Assembly (NCBI GenBank): GCA_016699795.1
Contig: CP065011.1
Span: 226,474-290,473, forward strand
Length of the DNA: 64,000 nt
Direction of reading: 5' to 3'
Source: Candidatus Moraniibacteriota bacterium
GTDB lineage: Bacteria; Patescibacteriota; Minisyncoccia; Moranbacterales; GCA-2747515
Positions 15,661-24,449 of the stretch are shown in pieces (the stretch's first letter is position 1; each line of letters begins with the position of its first letter). Made by a program: the position numbers and the translations under genes. Below the pieces are notes generated by a model, which searched no databases, was not told where the DNA came from, and saw nothing but the letters and a program-made list of their open reading frames with translations.

Positions 15661-16638
15661 TTAGATTTCTTTTTTTCGAAGTTTTTCAAGAAAATTATGC
15701 AATTCTTTTTTCGAATAAAATTCAATAGCTACCTTTGCACCATCTCCTTTCTCTTGGATTCTTACTTTCGTTCCCAAAGTTTCACTTAATTCTTCTTCAG
15801 ATGATCGAATTTCAGGGTTTTGGTATGTTCTTCTAGATCGAAAACGAGAAAGGGAGGAAACTGATCTCAATCGTTCCTCTGTTTGGCGAACAGTAAGACT
15901 ATCTTTTATTATAATTTCATATAAAGCTCTTTGTTTTTCTCCATTTTCAAGAGATAAAATAACTTTTGCATGTCCAGGAGTAATTCTCCCCTCTTCGAGA
16001 CCTCTTTGAATTTCAAAAGGTAAATCCAAAAGACGAACAATATTTGCAATCGTACTTCTTTTCTTTCCCATACGAAAAGCTACTTCTTCTTGAGACAATT
16101 GAAATTCGTCCATTAATCGACGATAAGCGCGAGCCTCTTCCAACTGAGAAAGGTCGTGTCTCTGCACATTTTCTAGTATTGCCAATTCAAATTTTTCTTG
16201 AAGTTCTGCCGTACGAACAACAACAGGAACCTTCAATAGACCTGCCATTTTTGCAGCACGAAGACGACGTTCCCCGGCGATTAATTCATAATCACCTGTT
16301 TCTTTTCGAGTAACAATAAGAGGTTGAATTATCCCGTGACGTCGAATAGAATCAGAAAGTTCAATAAGTTTCTCTTCGTCAAAACCAATCCTTGGTTGAT
16401 GTGTATTGGCAAGTATTTTTCCAATTTCAACTTCTGTAGTATTTTCTTCTTGTGTCAACAAAGGATCTACAAAAACATCTTCTTGATAAGCAATTGTTTT
16501 GGGGGCAAAGGTTATCCCCGATTCTTTCTTATACAAAGGCATTCCCATATTTTTTAAGGGGGAAGCATTTTCATTATTTTTCTTTTTTGGAGGTATAAGA
16601 GAAGAAAGTCCTCTTCCTAATCCATGTTGTTGTGTCAT
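15661..16638 (-). CDS. parB: chromosome partitioning protein ParB (Spo0J)
   Basis: GLGRGLSSLIP, IIQPLIVTRKE..YELIAGERRLRAAKMAG ParB box, and an HTH. Confidence 0.9.
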   Translation of the reverse strand: MTQQHGLGRGLSSLIPPKKKNNENASPLKNMGMPLYKKESGITFAPKTIAYQEDVFVDPLLTQEENTTEVEIGKILANTHQPRIGFDEEKLIELSDSIRRHGIIQPLIVTRKETGDYELIAGERRLRAAKMAGLLKVPVVVRTAELQEKFELAILENVQRHDLSQLEEARAYRRLMDEFQLSQEEVAFRMGKKRSTIANIVRLLDLPFEIQRGLEEGRITPGHAKVILSLENGEKQRALYEIIIKDSLTVRQTEERLRSVSSLSRFRSRRTYQNPEIRSSEEELSETLGTKVRIQEKGDGAKVAIEFYSKKELHNFLEKLRKKEI

Positions 16639-16664
16639 ATTTTCAAAACCGAATAAGCACTCAT

Positions 16665-17456
16665 TTATTTATTTTTTTCTAAAGACGCTTGTTCTGTTAA
16701 GGCTATAACTTCTCGAGCAAGAGCTTTATACGCACGAGCACCTTTTGAAAAAGCATCAAAATCTAAAATTGATTTTCCAAAACTCGGAGCCTCAGCCAAG
16801 CGAACGCTTCTCGGTATAATACTTCTAAAAACCGTTCCAGGAAAATGATCCTGAACTTCTTTTACAACTTGTCTACTCAAACGATTTCTTCGATCATACA
16901 TAGTAAGAAGAGCCCCCATAATCGAAAGTTCTGGTTGAAGATTTTCACGTATAAGAGAAATGGTTTCCAAAAGTTGACTCAATCCTTCCAAAGCATAATA
17001 TTCTGCTTGAACAGGAATAATAATTTCATCACTCGCAACAAGTCCATTTACAGTAAGAAGTCCAAGACTTGGAGGACTATCAATAACAATAAATTCATAT
17101 TGGCTACGTAAGTGTTGAAGAACTTCATAAAGTCGATATTCTCTATTCTCTAGATGAATAAGTTCAACACCCGCTCCAGCAAGTTCTGGAGATGCAGGAA
17201 GAACATCTGGATACCCCTCAGGACCACTTAAAATAGACTTCGAGGGATGTTCTCCAGAAAAAATAGCTTCATAAAGACCTCCTTTTCCTAAAGATCGCAC
17301 AGAAATACCAAGACCAGAGGATGCGTTACCTTGAGGATCTAAATCTACGAGAAGAACTTTCTTTCCTCCCCGCGCCAAATAAACTGCCAAATTTACCGTT
17401 GAGGTTGTTTTGCCAACTCCGCCCTTTTGATTGACAAGTGAAATGATTTTTGCCAT
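16665..17456 (-). CDS. parA: chromosome partitioning ATPase ParA (Soj)
   Basis: Deviant Walker A NQKGGVGKTT; 263 aa; adjacent to parB. Confidence 0.9.
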   Translation of the reverse strand: MAKIISLVNQKGGVGKTTSTVNLAVYLARGGKKVLLVDLDPQGNASSGLGISVRSLGKGGLYEAIFSGEHPSKSILSGPEGYPDVLPASPELAGAGVELIHLENREYRLYEVLQHLRSQYEFIVIDSPPSLGLLTVNGLVASDEIIIPVQAEYYALEGLSQLLETISLIRENLQPELSIMGALLTMYDRRNRLSRQVVKEVQDHFPGTVFRSIIPRSVRLAEAPSFGKSILDFDAFSKGARAYKALAREVIALTEQASLEKNK

Positions 17457-17505
17457 ATATAGAGTATACTATAAAACAATCTCAAAGGAAATGTCTATAG
17501 GTTTT

Positions 17506-17586
17506 GCCGAAGTGATGGAATGGTAGACATGCACGACTCAAAATCGTGTGAGGCAACTCATGAGGGTTCAAGTCCCTCCTTCGGCA
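17506..17586 (+). tRNA. tRNA-Leu (anticodon CAA)
   Basis: GCCGAAGTGATGGAATGGTAGACATGCACGACTCAAAATCGTG...GAGGGTTCAAGTCCCTCCTTCGGCA. Anticodon loop CTCAAAA, long variable arm. Confidence 0.8.
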
Positions 17587-17611
17587 CAAAATAAGAAAAG
17601 CTCTTTATATT

Positions 17612-18448
17612 TTAAAGAGTTTTTCTTTTATTCGCCAGCCAAACATTTTCAATAAGACAAGCTACTGTTACGGGTCCTACTCCCCCAGGAACAGGTGAAA
17701 GAATAACATCTCTTTTTTCAAAATCTTTTACCAAAATATCACCAAGAATTATTCCGTTCTTTTTTTCAATTCCTCCATCAATAAGGATGGCTCCGTCTTT
17801 TATATTCTCAGAAATAATACTTCCAGAAATTCCCAATGCAGAAATAATAATATCAGACTTTTTCATTTCTTTTGAAAAATTCTCTCCCGAAGAAAAAATA
17901 CCATATGATGATTGTAATCCTTTTATTTTTAAAAGATCGCTCATATATTTTCCAAAACCATAAGAATTTGCCAATACAAAAGCTTTTTTTCCTATTAAAT
18001 TTTCCTTTGAAGACTCCAATAATTGAAGTATCGCCTTTGGAAAAGGACACACAAAACAGTTTTTTTCTTCTGTCAAACACTCTCGACTTTTTAAAGTAAG
18101 TCCGTCTACATCTTTAGTAGGGTGAATACTATTAAGGAGTTCTTCCTTATTTATATTTTCAGGAAGAGGAAGTTGCACAAGGATTCCGTCAATATCATCA
18201 TCCCCATTAAGGTGTTCTATAACTTCTCTTACCATTTCTTGAGGAGAATCTTTTGGAAGAAGATAATCACAAAATAATATCCCGCAACGATGCGCTGCTT
18301 TTTTCTTAAGATCTATATAAAGTTTTGACGCTTCATCATCCCCCACCAAAACAGCAGCAAGTCCAGGCATTCGTGAAGAGTTTGAAATTTCTTCTTTTAT
18401 TCGATCCAAAATACTCTCAGCAATAAGTTTTCCTTCAAGTTGTTTCAT
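17612..18448 (-). CDS. folD: bifunctional methylenetetrahydrofolate dehydrogenase/cyclohydrolase FolD
   Basis: 278 aa; ...PVPGGVGPVTVACLIENV at the C-terminus is typical of FolD. Confidence 0.9.
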   Translation of the reverse strand: MKQLEGKLIAESILDRIKEEISNSSRMPGLAAVLVGDDEASKLYIDLKKKAAHRCGILFCDYLLPKDSPQEMVREVIEHLNGDDDIDGILVQLPLPENINKEELLNSIHPTKDVDGLTLKSRECLTEEKNCFVCPFPKAILQLLESSKENLIGKKAFVLANSYGFGKYMSDLLKIKGLQSSYGIFSSGENFSKEMKKSDIIISALGISGSIISENIKDGAILIDGGIEKKNGIILGDILVKDFEKRDVILSPVPGGVGPVTVACLIENVWLANKRKTL

Positions 18449-18454
18449 ATAAAG

Positions 18455-19228
18455 TTACAAAATAAATAAGAAAAAAAGTAAAGCAATACCTATACGATAA
18501 ATACCAAAAGGAATAAAAGTGTTTGTTTCTACAAAACGAAGGAGCCATTTAATAGTCAAAAGTGAAACAACAAATGCGGTTAAGAAACCGACAATGAGAA
18601 AACCCCATTGTGTAGTATTTACTGAACCACCACTTCTTACAATATCTAAAGTACTCGCCGCAAGCATCGTGGGAACTGCCAAAAGAAAAGAGAATTCCAC
18701 AATAACTTTTCGTCTCAATCCCAAAAAGAGACCGCCAAGAATAGTTGCTCCCGATCGGGAAACTCCAGGGATTACCGATAATACTTGAAAAACTCCTACA
18801 AAAAATGCCGTCTTATATGAAATCTGGGAAATGTCTTCCGTTGCTTCTTTTTTTTCTTTATGAAATATTTCAAACAAGATAATCAAAATACCCCCAAAGA
18901 AAAGCGCTCCCACAACTATTTCTTCGGATTCGAATAATTTTTTTATAAAAGAATAAAAAAGTCCTCCTATAATAAGCGATGGGATCATTGCTACTATGAG
19001 TTTCTTAATGAGTTTGGGATTATGTAGTATTTTCCGAGCATATAAAACAATAACTGAAAGTATTGCCCCCAATTGAATTACCACTTCAAACATCTTAAGA
19101 AACTCAGTCTGTGAAAGATTGAGTAGTCGTGAAGCAAGAATGAGGTGCCCCGTAGAAGAAATTGGCAGAAATTCCGATATCCCTTCGACTATTCCTAAAA
19201 TAAAAGCATCAAAAAACGACAACTCCAT
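18455..19228 (-). CDS. uppP: undecaprenyl-diphosphatase UppP (BacA)
   Basis: ISSTGHLIL and SRSGATI motifs; polytopic membrane protein of 257 aa. Confidence 0.85.
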   Translation of the reverse strand: MELSFFDAFILGIVEGISEFLPISSTGHLILASRLLNLSQTEFLKMFEVVIQLGAILSVIVLYARKILHNPKLIKKLIVAMIPSLIIGGLFYSFIKKLFESEEIVVGALFFGGILIILFEIFHKEKKEATEDISQISYKTAFFVGVFQVLSVIPGVSRSGATILGGLFLGLRRKVIVEFSFLLAVPTMLAASTLDIVRSGGSVNTTQWGFLIVGFLTAFVVSLLTIKWLLRFVETNTFIPFGIYRIGIALLFFLFIL

Positions 19229-19504
19229 AGTAAATATACATCATCAATATTTCAATCTTTAGGCAATCTATCACTAACCACCCACAAAAGGATATCAAGT
19301 TATTAGCCAAAATACAAATCTACAAAGGTAAAAATGGATAGGTTTTATTGTACAAAAAGTTATACTCGAGAATTTACTCAAAAAATACTAAAACACAAAG
19401 TTCCTATTTAAAAAAATATTCATGTTCTTTCATAATTCTAAATTAGTACTTTAATAATAATACTCTTTTGTGGGAGATCTTTCATGTTTTATCTTTTCTC
19501 TATT

Positions 19505-21357
19505 CTATTGCACAGTTATCTTCCAACGATGCAGTGCTTGAGAATTTCTTTGTGAACTGCATATATTAGTAGCGCTTGTTTTAAATTTCGCACAGTACAC
19601 ATAGAAAGATCCGTTTGCTATATGATTTGCGGAAGCATTATCACTAACTACCGTACAATATTGATATCCACCATCTAAGCCTTGTTGACTTGCTGGTTCT
19701 TCTACGATAGTTTTTGAGAATTTCCAATTAACACCGTCAACTGATTCATATAGTTTTACAAACGTATTCTGCTGATTCCAAGACATCCGTGATGTAGCAA
19801 AATAGTATCTTTTTGTAAGATTGCTCCATACTATTTGTGAGTGAGAGATTCCTTGAATTCCTAAAGAATCACTCCTTCCTCCCATGCCAGGCTCACTCCA
19901 AATTCCTTGAAAATATTTTTTCCAAAGATTTGTACCTACATGACCCGCTCTAGCAGAAGATATAACATTTCCAAGATTAGCACGTGCAACAGCTACCCCT
20001 GCTCCAGATTTTTCATCGTGAAAATATACATACATATAGCCATCTTTGATCATATAAGGAGCTCCTTGTATATTTCCGATAGGATCCTCTAACTGAGATA
20101 TTATTCGTCCTAAATATTTCCATGTATTCCCACTATCATTTGACCAAGCAAGACCGATACGAGTTTTTCCTGAGCCTGGACTGGAATGACCCACAAGCTC
20201 TTCATGAACAATTCCTATATATTCTGAACCACCAACAGAATAAACACCCACAAGCCAAAGTGCTACAACATCATTCAGACTTGGATTAAAAGATGTAAAG
20301 AAATTAGTGCCCTTATCTACTTCATTTATACAGTATCCTGAAGCATTTCTATTACATGTTTTTTTCATCCATATTGCTGAAGCATAAGGATTATCTAAAG
20401 ATCCCTTAAGTTGTGTATGTCTAATTTCTCCAGTACACACATAACTTGTTGCATACCAATAAGTTCCTCCTGGTAACATTTTTAATGGCCCATCAATCAT
20501 TGTTTCATTGAGTATTCCTCGGGAGGTGTCTGTATTATTTGAAACAATAGTAGCCGGAGAGACGGTGATAGAGCCTCCCGTGTTCGAACCCTTAAACGTA
20601 GCCGTTACATTACGAGCTCGTGTAAGAGATACAGAACACGTCTTACTTGCTCCTCTACAGTCTCCTGCCCATCCTTCAAAAGTATTTCCGCTTTGAGGTG
20701 AAGCTGTGAGTGTAACCTTTGTATTTTGAGGTAATGTTTTTGAACATGTTGTACCACAATTAATTCCAGAAGGATTTGATACTATTGTTCCTGCTCCAGT
20801 ACCAGCTTTTGCTACAGTAAGAGTTTGTTGTCCTTGTTGTGTAGAACAGTTAATTTTCTTTGGTGAACCACTAATGACATTGTTTGGTCCTCCAGAAATA
20901 TCAATAGCATGAATGTATATATTCTTTTCACCTTGATTACGGAATGAGGAAGGAAGTTTACAGTCAAAGCCATGAGTTCCACTAATACCATAACCTTTGT
21001 TTATATCAGGTCTGGAAACTTTTGTTTGACATCCTGCTATAAATTTTCCTCCTTTACCATAAGGAGCTCCTTCATAAAAATGAACCCAGATAGATGTTCT
21101 GGAGTTATCAGGATCATAAGCCCAACCTTTTACACTACAAGCACTGGAGTCAGGACCATCAAAAGCTCCTATAGCAGGTTTAGCACTTGCAGCATCTGAA
21201 AATGGTAAATCAAAAGAAATTCCTGAGAAGATATTCGATGTTGTTGTTTTTTGAATAAGAAGAATACTTCCAAGAAAAAAGCTTATGACAAGAAGAAGAG
21301 AAATGATTTGTATTTTAGAATCTTTTTTTTGTTTTTTTTTGTTTTTTTTGAAAACAT
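19505..21357 (-). CDS. secreted protein with signal peptide, divergent InlB B-repeat domain and a BNR/Asp-box propeller; the ATG is out of frame with the body (indel in a homopolymer tract)
   Basis: The open frame runs from about 21374 to 19505 without an in-frame ATG. An out-of-frame ATG at 21355-21357 gives MFSKKTKKNKK, and a 1-nt insertion in the T8/T9/T8 tracts at 21323-21349 fuses it to DSKIQIISLLLVISFFLGSILLI, a signal peptide. InlB-like segment GTGAGTIVSNPSGINCGTTCSK..VTLTASPQSGNTFEGWAGDC; Asp-box SNDSGNTW. Confidence 0.6.
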
Positions 21358-21496
21358 AGTTGTGTGTTTTAGGTTATAGTAGTAATGATACTCTTTTGTG
21401 GGAGATGTTCAAGACTATTACAAAAATAAAAGCTGAATAGATCTTATCTTGCATCAAGAAACATAAAATCCCCTCTTCGTCTTACAGAAAGAATCA

Positions 21497-23143
21497 TCAT
21501 TCCGCTTCCAGAAAATAACCATCTTCTCGATTGTATCCTCCCAATTTTTTGTATTTTCCTTTTTTTCCAAAAACCGTAATATCATTATTATCTTTTCCCT
21601 GTACAATCTTTTTGATTCCTATGTTTTTGGCATAGGTTTCAAAATATGTTCGTAGTTGTTCTTTTAATTGATCTTGGTAAGGAATGCTATAATCAGTATT
21701 AGCTTCGATATTATCTACCACAAGAGTTACTTCTTCTGTTTTTTTATTTTTTCCAATCCACAGCCATGCTGCGACTACAGGAATATCTTTTTTTTCATCA
21801 CGAATAGTTACTACTTGCATACCTACATCAGTAAGATAATCAGCTATGGTAGATTCTTCTCCCATATGTTCACTATCTATACGGATACAACAATCTGTAT
21901 AATTTCCAAGATAAAGATCTTCATCCGGATTACGATTCCAAAGTTTTACGCTCATAGGTATTCCTTCAAGAGAAGTTCTTTCTTCCGATTCCAGAAGTGT
22001 GTGTACCGTACGCATATCAGAATGAATATGATCTCTATCTTCCAAAAAAACATTCTTCTCCAAAACAGAAGAGAGAAAGCGTTCTTTGAATCCTTCACCA
22101 AGTACGTTTTTTATGGTATCCGCAAGTCTCTCTTCTATCGATTCCATACGAAGACGAAATGTACCGAATACCTCTCGGAAGGATCGTTCATGATCTGTTT
22201 GTTGTTTTTTGAGTTCGATTCGTTGTTTTCGATATTCCGGTCCGATGTTTCCTTGAAGAGAATGGAGTTTTTCTTCAATATCAGAATATTGCTTGAGAGA
22301 TGAAGAGAGTTGTTCAAATACTTTTTTCACCAAAACTACATCTCCTCGTATACGGTCATAAGCAGGAACCGTTCTTGGATTGGCAATTCTTTGTTCGAGA
22401 GATGCGCTGTGTTTTTCCAATCCTTCTATTCTTCTTTGTAACTTTTCGATAAAAGTTTCATCTCGAAGCTCTTCATTTTTAAGTTCTTCTTGTTTGATAA
22501 GATCTTCAGTTTCTTTCTGTTGTAATCGTTTTGTATGAAGTTCTTCCTCGAGAGATATTGTGTCTTCTGTATATTTTTTTTCTTGGAGATCTTTTTTGAA
22601 TGTTGTTTCGATTATAGTTGCGATACGGGAAAGATAGTTGTTTACATACTGTGAAAACGGCTGAGAACGAGAAGTTTCCAGAAGACGGTGAATATTGTCC
22701 ATCGTGGATACGTCTTGCTCTTTCCCCAAATCGAAGAATGCTTCTTCTTTGTAGTTGAGCCATTCATCTATATTGATTTCTCCTTCTTCGAGAGATTGTA
22801 CTATATTTGGATTGTTTTTGTATTCAAGGAGTCGTTCTTGCATATGTAAACGAAATTCCAAAGAGTCAAGATCACTTTCTTTTGTTTCTTCTTTTGCTTG
22901 GTAAAGAAAATCAATATTTTCTTGAGATGGTATATCGAGAGTTGGATATTTAAGAATCAGTTTTATGGCGTATTTATTCTTCACCAAAGCTTCAGACAGA
23001 AATGGTTTCTCATACATCGTTTCTATGAGATTGTGTTTTTCTTGTGAAGAAAGAGTAAGGAGCTCCAGAAAAGATTCCACGGTCAAGCGAGAGAACAAAT
23101 CGGGAGCATTTTCTTGAATTTCAGAAAGATCTCCTTGGATCAA
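21497..23143 (-). CDS. hypothetical protein with central coiled-coil and Cys-containing C-terminal domain; probably the C-terminal part of a larger repeat protein
   Basis: 548-aa ORF. Its ATG abuts the 84-bp tandem repeat array directly. Confidence 0.5.
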   Translation of the reverse strand: MIQGDLSEIQENAPDLFSRLTVESFLELLTLSSQEKHNLIETMYEKPFLSEALVKNKYAIKLILKYPTLDIPSQENIDFLYQAKEETKESDLDSLEFRLHMQERLLEYKNNPNIVQSLEEGEINIDEWLNYKEEAFFDLGKEQDVSTMDNIHRLLETSRSQPFSQYVNNYLSRIATIIETTFKKDLQEKKYTEDTISLEEELHTKRLQQKETEDLIKQEELKNEELRDETFIEKLQRRIEGLEKHSASLEQRIANPRTVPAYDRIRGDVVLVKKVFEQLSSSLKQYSDIEEKLHSLQGNIGPEYRKQRIELKKQQTDHERSFREVFGTFRLRMESIEERLADTIKNVLGEGFKERFLSSVLEKNVFLEDRDHIHSDMRTVHTLLESEERTSLEGIPMSVKLWNRNPDEDLYLGNYTDCCIRIDSEHMGEESTIADYLTDVGMQVVTIRDEKKDIPVVAAWLWIGKNKKTEEVTLVVDNIEANTDYSIPYQDQLKEQLRTYFETYAKNIGIKKIVQGKDNNDITVFGKKGKYKKLGGYNREDGYFLEAE

Positions 23144-23177
23144 AGAACTGGAAAGAAAACCTTGAATGGAAAGATTG

Positions 23178-24253
23178 TGGAATTTTTCGAAATTTTGGAT
23201 GATAGGATATACACAATCCCCCTTTTCAATAAGGCGAATGGCAATGTTTTGATAGTCAAGTCCTTGGAATGTGTCGAGGTTATAACAAACAGGACGTCCT
23301 CGCCCCTTTTCAATAAGGAAAATGGCGATATCTTGATTAAGTCCTTGGAATTTGTGAAGGTTAAAAGCGACAAAGTCTCCATGTCCTTTTTCAATAAGGC
23401 GATAAGCAATATCTTGATAGTCAAGTCCTTGGAATTTTCGAGATTTTGGGCAATATAACTTTCATACCCTCTATCAATAAGACGATGAGCGATATCTTGA
23501 TGGTCGAGTCCTTGGAATTTTTCAAGGTTATTAGCAACAGATTTTCCATCCCCTTTTTCAATAAGGCGAATGGCGATATTTTGATGATCAAGTCCTTGAA
23601 ATCTTTCAAAGTTACTGGCAACAGCATATCCATACCCCCATCAATCGATGAGCGATATTTTGATTGACGAATGATATTAGCAGCAAAAAAGCCCGTTCTC
23701 TATTTTGATGGTCTTGATAAGTCTTGAAATTTGTCGAAATTAGAGGCGACAGAATATCCCTGTTTTTTTCAAAAGAGATTCCTTGAAATTTTGGCGAATA
23801 TCCATCCCCTTTTCAATAAATGAGCAATGTCTTGATGATTAAGTCCTTGGAATTTTCAAGATTTCAGAAAATCCGATACCCTTTTAAGAAGATTGGCAAT
23901 ATCTTGATGGTCGAGTCCTTGGAATTTTTCGAGATTTTGGGCAATATAACTTTCATACCCTCTATCAATAAGACGATGAGCGATATCTTGATGGTCGAGT
24001 CCTTGGAATTTTTCAAGGTTATTAGCAACAGATTTTCCATCCCCTTTTTCAATAAGGCGAATGGCGATATTTTGATGATCAAGTCCTTGAAATTTTTCAA
24101 GATTTGAAGCGACACTATCTCCAAACCACCTTCCAATAAGGCGTTTAGCAATGTCTTGGTGGTCGAGTCCTTGAAATTTTTCAAGATTTTTGACGAGATA
24201 TTCTCCACATCCCTTTTCAATAAGACGGTGAGCAATGTCTTGATGGTCGAGTC
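23178..24253. repeat. tandem array of an 84-bp (28-codon) coding repeat, about 12 units, middle units decayed
   Basis: Unit tccttggaatttttcgagattttgggcaatataactttcataccctctatcaataagacgatgagcgatatcttgatggtcgag recurs. One unit is 83 bp (T5 to T4), one is 81 bp, and three are truncated. Confidence 0.85.
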
Positions 24254-24410
24254 TATTATATTTTCCTTCAGAAAGATTTTCTATAACCACAGAAACATTC
24301 CCTTTTTCTATTTCATCCGAAACACTTTGAAGAGAGAGAAATTCTTGTTGTTCTTCTTTTGATGTTTCTATATTATTGGAAATATTGTTTTGAGAAAAAT
24401 TTTCATTCAT
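23856..24410 (-). CDS. 28-aa tandem-repeat protein (five intact NLEKFQGLDHQDIAxRLIxxGxG repeats); N-terminal fragment of a disrupted larger gene
   Basis: 184-aa ORF: a 50-aa non-repeat N-terminus followed by five 28-aa repeats. The stop lies inside the repeat array. Confidence 0.5.
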   Translation of the reverse strand: MNENFSQNNISNNIETSKEEQQEFLSLQSVSDEIEKGNVSVVIENLSEGKYNRLDHQDIAHRLIEKGCGEYLVKNLEKFQGLDHQDIAKRLIGRWFGDSVASNLEKFQGLDHQNIAIRLIEKGDGKSVANNLEKFQGLDHQDIAHRLIDRGYESYIAQNLEKFQGLDHQDIANLLKRVSDFLKS

Positions 24411-24449
24411 AGGTATTCTATTTTTATTAGATATACTATTTTATTCAGA

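Noticed and set aside
20508-21199. Plus-strand ORFs 20508..20696 and 20972..21199.
   Set aside because: They are antisense to the continuous BNR/InlB-repeat reading frame, which carries recognisable domains.
23140-24260. The tandem 84-bp repeats considered as a CRISPR array. Separately, ORFs 23140..23424, 23421..23633 and 23864..24235 (-) and 23114..23458, 23446..23667 and 23820..24107 (+) considered as genes.
   Set aside because: The repeats are contiguous with no unique spacers and encode a 28-aa protein repeat. The listed ORFs are alternative-frame or antisense readings of the same repeat DNA.
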